From contig JBHGNT010000015.1 in assembly GCA_043228905.1 (NCBI GenBank), forward strand, positions 16,244,001 through 16,308,000: a DNA stretch of 64,000 nt, in the 5' to 3' direction. Of the stretch, positions 13,189 through 24,983 are shown piece by piece. The notes under the pieces were generated by a model. That model was not told the origin of the DNA, searched no databases, and saw only the letters and a program-made list of their open reading frames with translations. This stretch comes from Azolla caroliniana (lineage: Eukaryota > Plantae > Polypodiophyta). Both the position numbers and the translations under genes were made by a program. Numbering within the stretch: position 1 is the stretch's first letter; the number at the start of each line of letters is the position of its first letter.

Positions 13189-14142
13189 ATGGAGATGTTG
13201 ATTAAGCCTTGTAGTAATAGTAGTAGTAGTAGAAGAGGTAGTAGTTGTAGCACATTTGACTACACTACCTTCCCTCCTCCCCTCGGCTCGCCCATCCTCC
13301 TCTGCCCCACAGACCTGCGTTTCGCCGACCTCCCATGTGTCGAGAGGAACCCCTTGAACTCGTATCGCTCCGGCCACCACGATGGCCGATTCGCCTTAAT
13401 CATGACCACCACTTCCTCCTCCCGCCCGAATGTCGATTGCAATGGCTCCGCTCTTCCCAAATTCTCCCGAATGCGTTCGAGACGGATCGATGGCCGATTG
13501 ATCCTCCAGCTCTTCAATGATCATGATGAGGTCAATGATGATTTCCCAAATCATGATGGTGATGATGATGAGGAGGATGTGGAGGAGGAGGATTTGTTTA
13601 CAATTCATGATGCTAAGCCTGTTCCATCTCCTCAATGGATTGAAGATGTGAAAGGAATCATCCCCATTGTGATCCAACACAATGAAGATTCAGATCAAGA
13701 GCAATCTGAAGTGGTGAATTTCTTTGAAGTAGAATCTGAAGAAGATTGGGAAGAAGAAGATGAAGATGATGATGATGATGATGATGATTATGATGAAGAA
13801 GAAGAGGAGAAGAAGGTTATAGCTGTGGAGCCTAAGTTTCCATTAATACATGGATTAATAAGCCTGCAGTACTACAGCAAGAAGGTCCTCCTGAGGTCAT
13901 TAATATCAGAATTCGAAGTGCGGCCGGGCTTTCTCGATGATGACGATGACGATGATGATGGTGGTGATGCGGCGACAAGAAGGAAGAGGAGGAAGAGGGG
14001 ATCATCGGCTATGGCGGCGGCAGCTATATGCCGAATGGCGGCATCTTGTGTGCACAAGTACTCGGTGGCGGCCGCCATTCTTCTGCGGAGGCGGATGATT
14101 AGCGCGCTAAGCGGCCCCAATAACCTGTGGAGGCTGCCCTAG
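13189..14142 (+). CDS. FANTASTIC FOUR (FAF, DUF3049)-domain protein, 317 aa, intronless, with long acidic tracts
   Basis: Single ORF with ATG at 13189. FAF signature FPPPL...HDGRFAL...RSRRIDGRLILQL. D/E-rich low-complexity tracts and a basic RRKRRKR patch. GC-rich coding composition against an AT-rich background. Confidence 0.8.
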   Translation: MEMLIKPCSNSSSSRRGSSCSTFDYTTFPPPLGSPILLCPTDLRFADLPCVERNPLNSYRSGHHDGRFALIMTTTSSSRPNVDCNGSALPKFSRMRSRRIDGRLILQLFNDHDEVNDDFPNHDGDDDEEDVEEEDLFTIHDAKPVPSPQWIEDVKGIIPIVIQHNEDSDQEQSEVVNFFEVESEEDWEEEDEDDDDDDDDYDEEEEEKKVIAVEPKFPLIHGLISLQYYSKKVLLRSLISEFEVRPGFLDDDDDDDDGGDAATRRKRRKRGSSAMAAAAICRMAASCVHKYSVAAAILLRRRMISALSGPNNLWRLP

Positions 14143-15384
14143 CCATAGCTAAAACTTTGGAGGCCATTGATTCCATGCCACCTCCAATCATCAATCACCT
14201 CATCTCACCTAATTTGGTGAGATTGAGGAGCTGCAGAGAGGATTGGCACCTCTTCCTTCATATATATATATATATATGCACTAAATTCTAATGACTTAAA
14301 CTAACTAACTAACGAACTAGTCCAAATATGGAGAGACCTCCAGATTAGGGTTTACCTTTGTGTGCCTCTCTTCTTCTTCTTCTTCTTCTTCTTCTAAATA
14401 TGAAGAGGCCTCCACAAAGTGTTCCAAATTAGGGGTTACCTTTATGTGCTTCTCTTCTTCTTCTTCTTCTTCTTCTTCATTACTTACCTTTACTTACACA
14501 CTCCAAATCCACACACACTTCTCATTTCATTTCCTTGCATTTTTTTTTCTTGATCACTTCGTTTTTCGTCTCGGTCGGTCGGACGGTCCATTCATCCGTC
14601 CGCCCGTCCGTCCGTTCGTTCAGTGGAAGGGCCATTCGATCCTCCTGTCCATCGATCCCGACGTGATTGATTGATGACAATATCATCTTACATACATCCA
14701 ATGTGTGTGTGTGTGTGTGTGTGTTTATCTTCTTCACTCCAAAAGTCCACAGATGTTGTATGCCTCACCCATCCATCCATCCATCCATCGGTCGATCAAG
14801 GTGATTGATCGACAATAGCTTCATCTTCATCATTCAAATCAATGCATGTGTGCGCATGCGCATTTTGGCTTTTATTTTCGAGGATCTCCTCAAATATGTG
14901 CTAATATGTCACCCTTCACTAAAGTCCACAAGTTCATGTACTCCTCCCCCCCTTTTTTGCTTGTGGACCATAAGTTGTAAGGCGATTATATGGACATATA
15001 TTCAAATGGGTTTGCTTGACTCACTAATACCAAGGTCCTTTTTTCATACAAAACCATGAAACTCCTCAAATGATTCAAACAATAATTGTTACGTTTATAG
15101 CCTATAACTTGCTTCGTTCGGCTTTCATTCCTTCTTTGGGCATGAAGATAAATGATGAGCAAAAATTTCCCAACTAATTGAACTGCCTATCTAAGCATAT
15201 CGTACATTTGCATGTATATCACGTAAGCATCTCATGATTTGCATTAGTTGTTCGGTCGGAACAATGACGGAAATCACTAACTATGTCAATAGTGGTATCA
15301 TAGACACTAGTAATGCCGGTTGGTTGAAGAAATACGGACGCATGGTGACCTACGTACCCACAAAGCATTGCATAATATTATTAA

Positions 15385-15626
15385 GGGAAAAGTACCAGGA
15401 TACCCCTGGAAGTTCCAAATTTACCAAACTACCCCTATGTCCAAAAAATTACACTTTATAAAGTAATTATACACTCCCGAATTAGTCCTATTTACTAAAT
15501 ATTTGAGTGTATAATTACTTTATAAAGTGTAATTTTTTGGACATAGGGGTAGTTTGGTAAATTTGGAACTTCTAGGGGCATTCTGGTAAATAGACGAACT
15601 TCCAAGGGTATCCTGGTACTTTTCCC
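15385..15626. mobile_element. Mutator-like fold-back MITE (242 bp)
   Basis: TIRs GGGAAAAGTACCAGGATACCC / GGGTATCCTGGTACTTTTCCC. Perfect 9-bp TSD TATTATTAA at 15376-15384 and 15627-15635. Nearly the whole element is an inverted repeat. Confidence 0.92.
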
Positions 15627-16499
15627 TATTATTAAGTACGCCATTTATAGTGTTGTCACATACGCTCAAGGTAGCTCGTTCTTACTTCTTATGAAAAGTA
15701 AACTTCCTTTTGAGTTTTTGTATAAGGTCATCTTTTTTTTTACTTTTCATTGTTTGATCATGTAATGCATTTTTATAATTTTATCATCATCTCACATTGT
15801 GAAACATACCTTTTAAGCTTCATCCATATGTAACCACATTTCTCTCAAGCAAGGATATATTTTTGCTCTATCCGACAATCAAACGCGCTTGGCCTCGCTT
15901 TGCAGTATATATTCGCCAAAAGGATATGACATTATTCATCCAAGCATAGAATCAATAAAGTTTCACACATGTAAAGGGCACATGTTGAAAACTATTATAT
16001 AATTTACACGGACACATTGATAAGTTATTAGATCATATGATGCCATAAAAGATTTTTTTTACCACCTCAACAACATAAAAGACTTATCCCAAAGTGGGAT
16101 CGGGTTGATAGATCTCAACTTGTAACCCACATGAAGAGATTTATAAAAAACAACATATATGGTAGTATAGCACAACACCAAAAACATAACGAGTTGATGT
16201 ACACAAAAAATAGACATTCAAGGTGATATACCTTTGGCATACACAACTTATCTTTTCCAATGGACAATATGGAACTACGCGATAAAACCATGACCTATTT
16301 GCCACATCATTGGTATAGTGAGAAAGATGAGAAAAGGTTTCATGGAGATTTTTTTTTACGAAGAGGAAATTTAACGAGAACTATGGTTGTTAGGGAGCGA
16401 AACTTATTTGTGTCGAAAGCTATATTCAAAGTGGAAATGCAACTTTCTTTTGCAATTATACAAGGTTATTGAGTAAATATCTTACACTATTATTACAAG

Positions 16500-17371
16500 C
16501 ATAGATTGAAATATTCGCATTCGTGGGGCCTGCCCCACGAATCCATACGAATAGGAATACGAATACACGTAAATATATTCGTTTTCTTCTGTTTTTTGAA
16601 ATTAAAAAAAAAATAAAAAAAATAAAATTGTGTTTTATTTACGAGCGAGTGAACAGTGGCCAACAGGAAGCAAAGACGCCTCACCCTACTCCCTCTGCGT
16701 GCTACTTACACCCTCGCTTCCCTCTATATCCTGTTCTCGGCCAGAAATTAGGGTTTCGACAGAAAACCCTAATTTCTGTCATAATCCTAATTTCGACAAA
16801 ATTTCTTCTTTTCGGCCTGCGTCATCGACTCCCTCTCATGCTCTACCTAATCCTACATCCTGTTGTCCGCTACAAATTCAAAGTTTCATTGAAACCCTAA
16901 GTTTTGCCAAAGCCCTAATTAATTAATTATTAATGCATTAATTGATTATTAATTAATTAACTAATATTTTCCAATGAATTAATTAATGTGTTAATGAATT
17001 AAGATATGTATTTGTAAATTAATTAATGTATTAGTGAATCAATTAATGTTTAAGTGAATTAATTAGTTAATAGTAAATTAATCATTATATTAATGAGTTA
17101 ATTAATTATTGATGTATGTCTGTGTACACATATATGTATGTGTGTGTATATGTATCTATGTATGTGTGTATATATGTATCTATGTATGTGTGTGTATATG
17201 TATATATATGTTTGTGTATGTGTGTATATATGTATGTGTATGTATGTATGTGTGTATATGTATATGTAAACGAATGGTTTTATAATATTCTTAGGGCCAT
17301 TTTCTATTCTCGAATACCACGAATATTACGGATGTCGAATCTCAAGAATATCACGCATGGGTCAATCTATG
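16500..17371. mobile_element. Non-autonomous hAT-type element (872 bp)
   Basis: TIRs CATAGATTGA...TCAATCTATG. Perfect 8-bp TSD ATTACAAG at 16492-16499 and 17372-17379. Subterminal CGAATA repeats, internal (ATTA)n and (TATG)n tracts. Confidence 0.9.
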
Positions 17372-17486
17372 ATTACAAGCATTTGTTTTGTTGGAGCAGC
17401 ATCAGCCTACAAGCAAAATAGCAAGAAATTTTAGTAAATATATTATTTATACAATGCCATGATTCCATGTGAAAACAAGGGAAACT

Positions 17487-18038
17487 TGTTAAGGGCATGA
17501 CCATAATTTATCTCGTGGTAAGTTTTATAGTGCTATTCTGCACATGAGGATAAAGTGTGAGGGTTAATCGAGAGTGTAAAGAAGGAAGGATTACTTTTAA
17601 TCCTCAAAATTGAGACAACCCATAAGGGCCAAGTGTGAACTTGCCTGTGGAGCCTTAGGTCTGGCTATAAATATGAGGCCAAGCTACCTTCATTAGGGAC
17701 ATCATTTGATTACATCAAGATTGTGATTTTGTGGTGAATAGACTCTTGTAGCGAGCACGCTAGCACTAGGTACGACCCGATGCCATGGCATTGGTATGGA
17801 ACGCCGATCAAGGCTCAAGTCCGTTTCGATCCCTTCGCCTAGGGGTGGTTAGGTGGATTGGCACCCTTCTTTCTCTTATCTACTTATCATATATCTCCTT
17901 ATTTCATGCTTATAGTAGGAATAATCTCTAACATATTATGTCCGAGCATTTTTTCGAATGTTTCTTATGTTGATTCTTATTTTTTTGGATGGTGATCAAT
18001 CGATGTTCGTTCGAGCTTGATCTAAAAACACGTCAACA
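17487..18038 (+). mobile_element. Possible solo LTR
   Basis: TGTT...AACA termini, internal CTATAAATA TATA box and LTR-like composition. No matching TSD found. Confidence 0.35.
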
Positions 18039-18828
18039 AAGGAACTTCAGTACTTCCTTTTTTTATTCTATTATTTCATCTCCTATTCTAATCATGTTTA
18101 AGTTGATATGTAATAATTTTAATCATTCAATTATGTTGTAGTGGTCAGAGTTTGTTTGTATAAAACATACATATGTTATGTATGCGTATGAGGTCAATTA
18201 CCTCAATTGCCATGTATTTGATATGTGATCTGTGTCAATTGCGTATTACATTCACTCTTATTTTGGATGTTGCATGTGCGTAAAGGCTATATGCCTCAAT
18301 TACATATCTTGATTGCATAATTTATTTGTTTATGTTTTGCTAATGATTCTTTTATATCTACATATGTGATAAACATAAAGTATATATATTAGGAATTTCT
18401 TACGTAATATTAGTATATCGAAGGTTGCCCTTTCGAGATAAGGATCTTGTTGGCCGACTTGACATTTTTTTGTGGGAAAGGCATAGTCACTATCCTTAAA
18501 AATTTACAATATTTTTTGTTATCCCCCATGGACACCTCAATTTTGCTACACGTAAGAACAAAACAAACATAGCCACAATGATATTTTGAGTGTAAGGGCT
18601 TGACCGACTTAGTGTGAGGCAACCCTTATAAAACACGCATCCAACATTCTACACTCGTTACATGATTACGATGCCAGCATGAGATCATCATTACAAAAGA
18701 CAACTGTAATGAAGTAACCTACTACGAAAAAGAGGGCCACTATTGGCTTGACCATTAGGTTACTCTTTATGGTATGACATTGTAATGATGAGACTTGAGG
18801 TTGGGTTACATACAACATAGTTTTCTAT

Positions 18829-19160
18829 TTAACGGGGAAATAAGGATTCTAAACACATAGGTTTTCTTTAAAAAAATACATATGCATTCCAATATCTCTC
18901 GTATGCATAAACATTAAACATTCAATATGAGCAAACCATTTGGTTTGCTCAAGTGTTTAATGATTTTGTTCTCGAGGTTTCTCTTTAACGAGAGGGAAAT
19001 AAGGATTCTAGACACATATGTTCTCTTTTTAAACAAATATATGGGTACATGCCTTCACATATCCCTCGCGCGCATAAACATTAAATATTTAATATGAGCA
19101 AACCATTTGGGTAGCTCAAGTGTTCAATGGCTTTGTTCTTGAGGTTTCGAGTTCAAATAT
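18829..19160 (+). repeat. Two-copy ~155-bp tandem duplication ending in a tRNA-like (SINE head) motif
   Basis: TTAACG..GGGAAATAAGGATTCTA...GAGCAAACCATTTGG..GCTCAAGTGTT...GAGGTTTC occurs twice. Copy 2 reads GGTAGCTCAAGTG...GAGTTCAAAT (A-box and B-box like). Confidence 0.65.
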
Positions 19161-19699
19161 GACCAAAACCATATACCATTATTGATACATACGACTATAA
19201 AACATTATTAGACTTTATGTCTAAGTGCACTTCGGGGTCCTTGTCATAGGACTTAAAGAGCCAAAACCACAGGGGTGGGCAAAGAGACTTAGTTATTGTT
19301 AACATTTTTTCGTGTATAAACTATTCATGACGCGAACAAACATGGTTGAGCTTTGGGGAGCTATCATTTTAAAACACCTTTGTGTTACCATAGTTACCTG
19401 ATCTTGAACCTCATCTTATACGTCTAAAGGGGTATAGGTGTGAGATCATGATATTGATTAATGTTTTCCCATGATATGTTTACATCACGACATGATGTTA
19501 TGGTTATTTGTTTGACCCCATCCTATTTCTTTTCCAGACATTATATTTTCATGGCTCATAATAATGACCCGATGACATCCTCCCAAATGGAGGGGTTTCA
19601 AGGAAATACTTCAGGGGCAATTCCAATTGACTTGTATTTCTTACAAATACAAAATTTCCTTAATTCCACCTTGAACAAGATTTCCAAACTTCAAGGTGA

Positions 19700-20400
19700 A
19701 TGTGGTACTATTAGACCAAATGAATGTCAAGGTGAACCATCGTTTGTCGTCAAGCCATTTAAGGGAATAAAAAAGGAAAGAACCATGATTGAAGCAATCT
19801 GCATGTGGCTTGATAGATGGGAGTCTCATTTTGAGCTCTATCCCAAGTAGGATAGTACGAAGATTGCATATCTCGGTCGAGAACTAGGGGATAAGGCCAT
19901 CTCCTGGTAGCGTAGCCTTCAGACTACTAGGAAATTGCCAGATACCTAGACAGACTTTGTCACGGTTTTCAAGGGTCAATTTCTACAACTTCATCTTGTA
20001 CCGAGGCAACACTAGCACTAATGAACATCTCTAGTCAGAAATTTTCCTCACTAGAAGATTATGTTAAACATACTAGAACCGAAATTCAAAATTTGGGTCT
20101 AGAAGGAAACAACTAGTTAATTGCTTGTTTTGTTAATGGCATTCCCAATTCAGACTATTATTGGATAGTGAACGATGAGGATCCAAAATCCTTTCAAGAT
20201 TTTGAAATAGTCCTTCACTATCAATGCACTTTGAAGAAGGAACATAACAAACATGACACACTCAAGACTACTAGGAAGCGCAAAAGACCCAACAAAATCT
20301 TAGATTACAATTTTAAACAACAAAATCCTTTTTGTGTGTTCTACAAAAAGACGGGTCACACAAAAGAGCAATGTTGAAAGCTCCAACACAAAGAGCATGA
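19700..20400 (+). mobile_element. Decayed LTR-retrotransposon gag remnant
   Basis: WLDRWESHFELYP*DSTKIAYLGRELGDKAISW* capsid-like stretch. Degenerate zinc knuckle FCVFYKKTGHTKEQC at about 20330-20375. Many stops and no pol downstream. Confidence 0.65.
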
Positions 20401-21697
20401 CAACAAAAACAAAGTTGCATACTATAAAGGTTAGATTCTTGATGTGCTTGAGGCTTATACACACCATTTAAGTAGTTGTAAATGTTCTTTCCCTCACTAT
20501 GTGATCCACATGTAAAAGCTATAATGTCACTTTTAAAAACCCACAATGAATTGAGGGTTAGAATAAATATTGATGGTCTCTTGAAAACCATGGAGTTGAA
20601 CAATTTGTGAAGAGCACGCCACCAAGTTACACTCTTGAGCAATAAGTTCAAGATCCTTAGCCATTCGAAAATGTCCAACCATAGAGGATCATGAAAAATC
20701 GGAGGAACTCAAAACCTAGAATCGTCATCTAGAATATATAAAAGCCCTTCACAAAATCATAGATCCTGCTTTATTTTTAAATGAGCTTAATCTAAGTGTA
20801 TCTATTGATTAAACATTAAAAGATAACCTAAAAGCATATAAAATCTTGTCACAAAATTAAAGATTATGTTGTATTTGGAAATGATCATAGTCTAATCATA
20901 TTTTAAACTTAGAATTTGTGGGATGTGAAAATATAAAAGATTGAACTCAAGATGGAGTTTTTGCACAATGGAATATGTTAAATACATGTTCTGTGCACTA
21001 CTTTGTAAAGGGCACGTAGCAACATGTTCCTTTTAACAAAAAGATGACGCTAAACATATTAGAGAGTGTGTGTTGCTAATTATGACTTAGGGTTAGTGTT
21101 ACATACACACAAATCATTAAGCATCTTTACAAACATGCTCATAAACCAACAAGCATATATGCATGCATGCAACACACACATAAAGATACACATATATGCA
21201 TACATTAATATAATCATGCACATATATACATATTTCATATATTCACTAGAGGGTTGCAGCACGCTACGGTGTACCAGAAAAGTACTATTTTTTGCCACAA
21301 AAAATGTCAATTCTTTCAATACTGTTAGTACTAAATTATTATTTTTTAAATTGAGAAAAAAAAACGATTTTGGGGAGTGGGGTGAGTGTAGTACAAGTGA
21401 CATATAAGACAAGGAGTGGGGGGAACACGTGAGGAGATGTTCTTTCCATTTTGGGGCTATTTTCCCCTCACGTGGGTTTGAGCGTTTTTTGGCGCTTCCC
21501 CTCAAACCAACTCCTCTCCCTCTATCCCTCCAAGTTTCTTTGAGCTCTTTATCTCAGACATCCATGTCAGGTTTAGGGTTGTCCTCCCATATTAGAGTTT
21601 TTGTTACGCATGTATATTGTTAGAGTGCATAAACCCTATCTCAGATATTTGGGTGCTCAACTCTAAACATGTTTTAACACAAGAGTTGCGGCTTAGA

Positions 21698-21910
21698 GAC
21701 CGATTTGAGGCTTCTTATAACAACCATTAGTGACTTCTTTGAGAACGATTTCAAGCTTCTTCCACCAAATCGAGGCAGAATATCACACAGATTCGAGGCT
21801 CTCTCCACCGATTTGAGGTTCCTTCCACTGATTTGAGGCATATTATCGTTGAGATACGAGACATTCTCCATCGATTTGAGGGTTTGTCCACCGATTGGAG
21901 GCACAATACC
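21698..21910. repeat. Degenerate tandem repeat built on CCACCGATTTGAGG motifs (about 63-bp higher-order period)
   Basis: Repeated (CC)ACCGATTTGAGG variants near 21698, 21805, 21826, 21868 and 21888. Confidence 0.55.
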
Positions 21911-22799
21911 GCATTCATCTTCGTCACTTCTTCCACTCATTTAAAACTTCCGCTATTGTTTTTTAAAGTATTCCAATACTTGTTTGAGACTTCAAAAATC
22001 ATTGATTTAATTGGTAAGCACCCCTTTTCTTAATTTTGACATTTTCATAAATCTATAGTTTCATATTCGGAAATCTATTTTTTCATTTTCAGAAATTTGT
22101 GAATAAAGAAATGATTATTTGTCATTTTTGAAACGTATTTCTAATGTCTGAAACGAATGATTTCTCACTTTGCAAGCCGCATTTAAAAACATTTGATTGT
22201 GATTTCTTAGTGTAGTCTATATAACATTAACTACTCTCGCACGACACTTTATTTTTTTTGATAAATCTAGTGACAATGATAGTCCCCAACGAGAGCGAGT
22301 TGTCAAGTAACTCATGTATATCCGAAAGGACCAAGAGACAAGTGGTTCTTCACATAGTCCGTTATTTGATAGAAATAACGAAGAGATTTAGTGAGGAGGA
22401 TCGTAGGGATATTATATGTAGAGTGTTACACCATCAACGTTTGAATGAAGACATGGTGAGAATAAAATTTAGGGACCAATGTATTTCAGAAGAGATTGTA
22501 GAGTCTATGAAGTCATCCCTAGACTCAGTGAAAGGTGTAGATAGCATAGACAAACTTGTTGCAAAGAGGGCAAAGAGGGTTGTGAATGGCGCGAGAAAAA
22601 AAAAATAGTGATACTAAGGTTACCCTAGCCATGGGTATTTAAAGAAGGAACTTGAGGAAACATCGCAGAAATATACACTCAAGCCAATTCAAGTGGGTAG
22701 GGTTAGGACATAGATGACGATGTGATGCCTTGTCTCAAGAGATTATTGAGAAAGTGGATTCGTTTTGGGCTAAAAATACGCGTGGCTCACCAAATAGAT

Positions 22800-23278
22800 T
22801 ATTGAGAAAGTGGATTTGATAACTAAACGAGAATCACCTTTTATGATCAATCTTTTAATATATCTTGCTTTACAAATTTGAAGGCTATAGCACAAAGTGG
22901 CATACTCTGCTTCATTGTTGGTATTGGCGTTGGATAAAACAATGCCTTCTGCCGAACGTGTCACCTTACGAAAAGCTCCATGAAAGCATAATGTGAAAGC
23001 ATCCTTCATATCTGATTCAGGAAGAACTTCTCTTATCTTTGTCAATTCCTCCCGACGAAGATTTTCACTAAAAGTGAGAAGGGTTGCCAACTCCCCACGC
23101 ATGGTAGACTCGAGCTTTTGTACAAATGTTTCCAATGATTTAATATCGTTCGAGTAAGGTAGAGCTTCAAGTGCCTTGATCTTTGATGGATTCACCTTGA
23201 TTCCTTGAAGAGATACCGCATGTCCAAGCATCATCACCTCTTTTTCACCAATGCAGCACTTGTCTGGATTGAGTTGTC
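22800..23278 (-). mobile_element. Tat-like Ty3/gypsy element, 3' fragment: RT connection plus archaeal-type RNase H
   Basis: QLNPDKCCIGEKEVMMLGHAVSLQGIKVNPSKIKAL, then TNNEAEYATL...IKRLIIKGDSRLVI (aRH motif typical of Tat). Joins in frame to 40138 (CKGQ|LNPDKC) once the chromovirus and one TSD are removed. Confidence 0.8.
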
Positions 23279-23615
23279 TGTCATGAACATCGACTTGAAT
23301 TTTAGCCTTAGGTTCTAGTATATATATATTTCTCATAGACAAACTTTAGATTTTAAACGTTTGTATAAAGAGTGGTATATAAGACTGAGTGTGTAAGACT
23401 CAGTATGTAAGACTTGGCATGCAAGAATTAGATGCTTGAGATTATAGTATGTAAGACTTGGCATGAGCATGCTTATCATGCTTCACTACATGTATAAAAA
23501 GGGTTGATCTCCCTTGTTAACATCAAGGAAATCAACACCAGTCATGGAATAGATATTCTTACTCATTGTCATCAACTTCCCCATCTCTTTATCTTCCAAT
23601 TGTTCATCCATGACA
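23279..23615 (+). repeat. Chromovirus 5' LTR (337 bp)
   Basis: Near-identical to 39800-40137. TATAAAA at 23493. Confidence 0.95.
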
Positions 23616-23658
23616 GATTAATTTCCTTCCTTTTTTTCTTCTTTCTCAATACACTATC

Positions 23659-24559
23659 ATGTCAGAATCATCTAGTAACCTTGAGCAAATTTTGGCGGTC
23701 TTGCAACAACTCCAACATGAGAATGCCAACTTGCGAAACTCCATGCAAGAACTTTAGGCAGCCACAACGGTCATACCTCACCCGATTATTGACCCTTCTA
23801 CATTAGAACCCAATGTTAGCTTGCCAGATAAATTCAATGGAACAAGGTCCCGGTTAAGAGGCTTCATCAACCAGATCCGCCTTATTATTCGCCTTCAGCC
23901 CTGACACTATTCTGATGACTTTCGATGAGTCGGGCTCATCGGCACATTGCTGATAGGACAAGCCCAAGCTTGGTTTGCCCCTCTGGTGGAGTCCTCTTCG
24001 CCCCTCTTGACCGACTTCCAAGCATTTCTTACCGAATTCAAAGCAACTTTCGGGGAGACCGACAAATGACGAGCTACACTCAACAAATTATATGCATTAC
24101 AACAAGGAGAACGTGCGACATCAATCTATGCATCTGAATTTCGTCAGCTCGCGTGCGATGTCGAATGGGATGGACAGGTCATCCTCGATCAATTCCGTCG
24201 AGGATTACGAGGTGAGATAAAAATTCTTTTGCTTAACTTTCCTAAGCCCACATCTTTGAATAAGGCTATTTCCCAAGCTGTGCGTTGCGATAACCGTCTC
24301 TTTGAGTTTCGGCAAGAGGAACGTCCTCACCGGATCCATCCACCTTGGCCAGCCGCTATAGGAAGTCACCTTCCATGGTCGACGGCCCCGATTCCCCTGT
24401 CATCCTCCACTTCATCTTCAACTCCCGCCATAGATTCTAGCTCACCAATGGAGATCGATCGAGTTTGCTATCGACCATTGACGAATGCACAACGACGACG
24501 ACAACGGGCCAACAATTTATGTCTCTATTGTGGTGACCCCGAACATTTGATTCGCTCTT
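23659..24559 (+). pseudogene. Chromovirus gag (stops; zinc knuckle cut by copia A)
   Basis: VSLPDKFNGTRSRLRGFINQIRLIIRLQP...LLIGQAQAWFAPL and SSSPMEID...NNLCLYCGDPEHLIRS (sushi/Tcn1-type gag). Confidence 0.85.
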
Positions 24560-24926
24560 TGTTGAGCAACAAGCTCAACCTGATCCGGATCGGCTGAATA
24601 AGCCTGAGCCGAATCGGCATCTGAAAGGAAGAGCCGAATCGGTGAGCTAGTAAGCAAGTGAGCCGGTGAGTTGGGGAGCTGGTTAGCTGGATCAAGCAAT
24701 AACCGGAAACCTAGTAGAAGCCTAGACTACTAGGTAGTTAATGTCTCGTAGTTAGTGTCAGATGCTCGTGTGAGCATTGAAGTACACTGTACTTCTGCCA
24801 GTCCTCTTAGGACTTGTATAAATAGTGTTGTTGAGCACGTTGTATGTATAGAGAACTATTATTGTTTTGCAATAGATTTTTAACGTTATGCTCATTCTCT
24901 GTCTCTCCCGCGTACACTCTGTGTGT

Positions 24927-24983
<57 letters not shown>

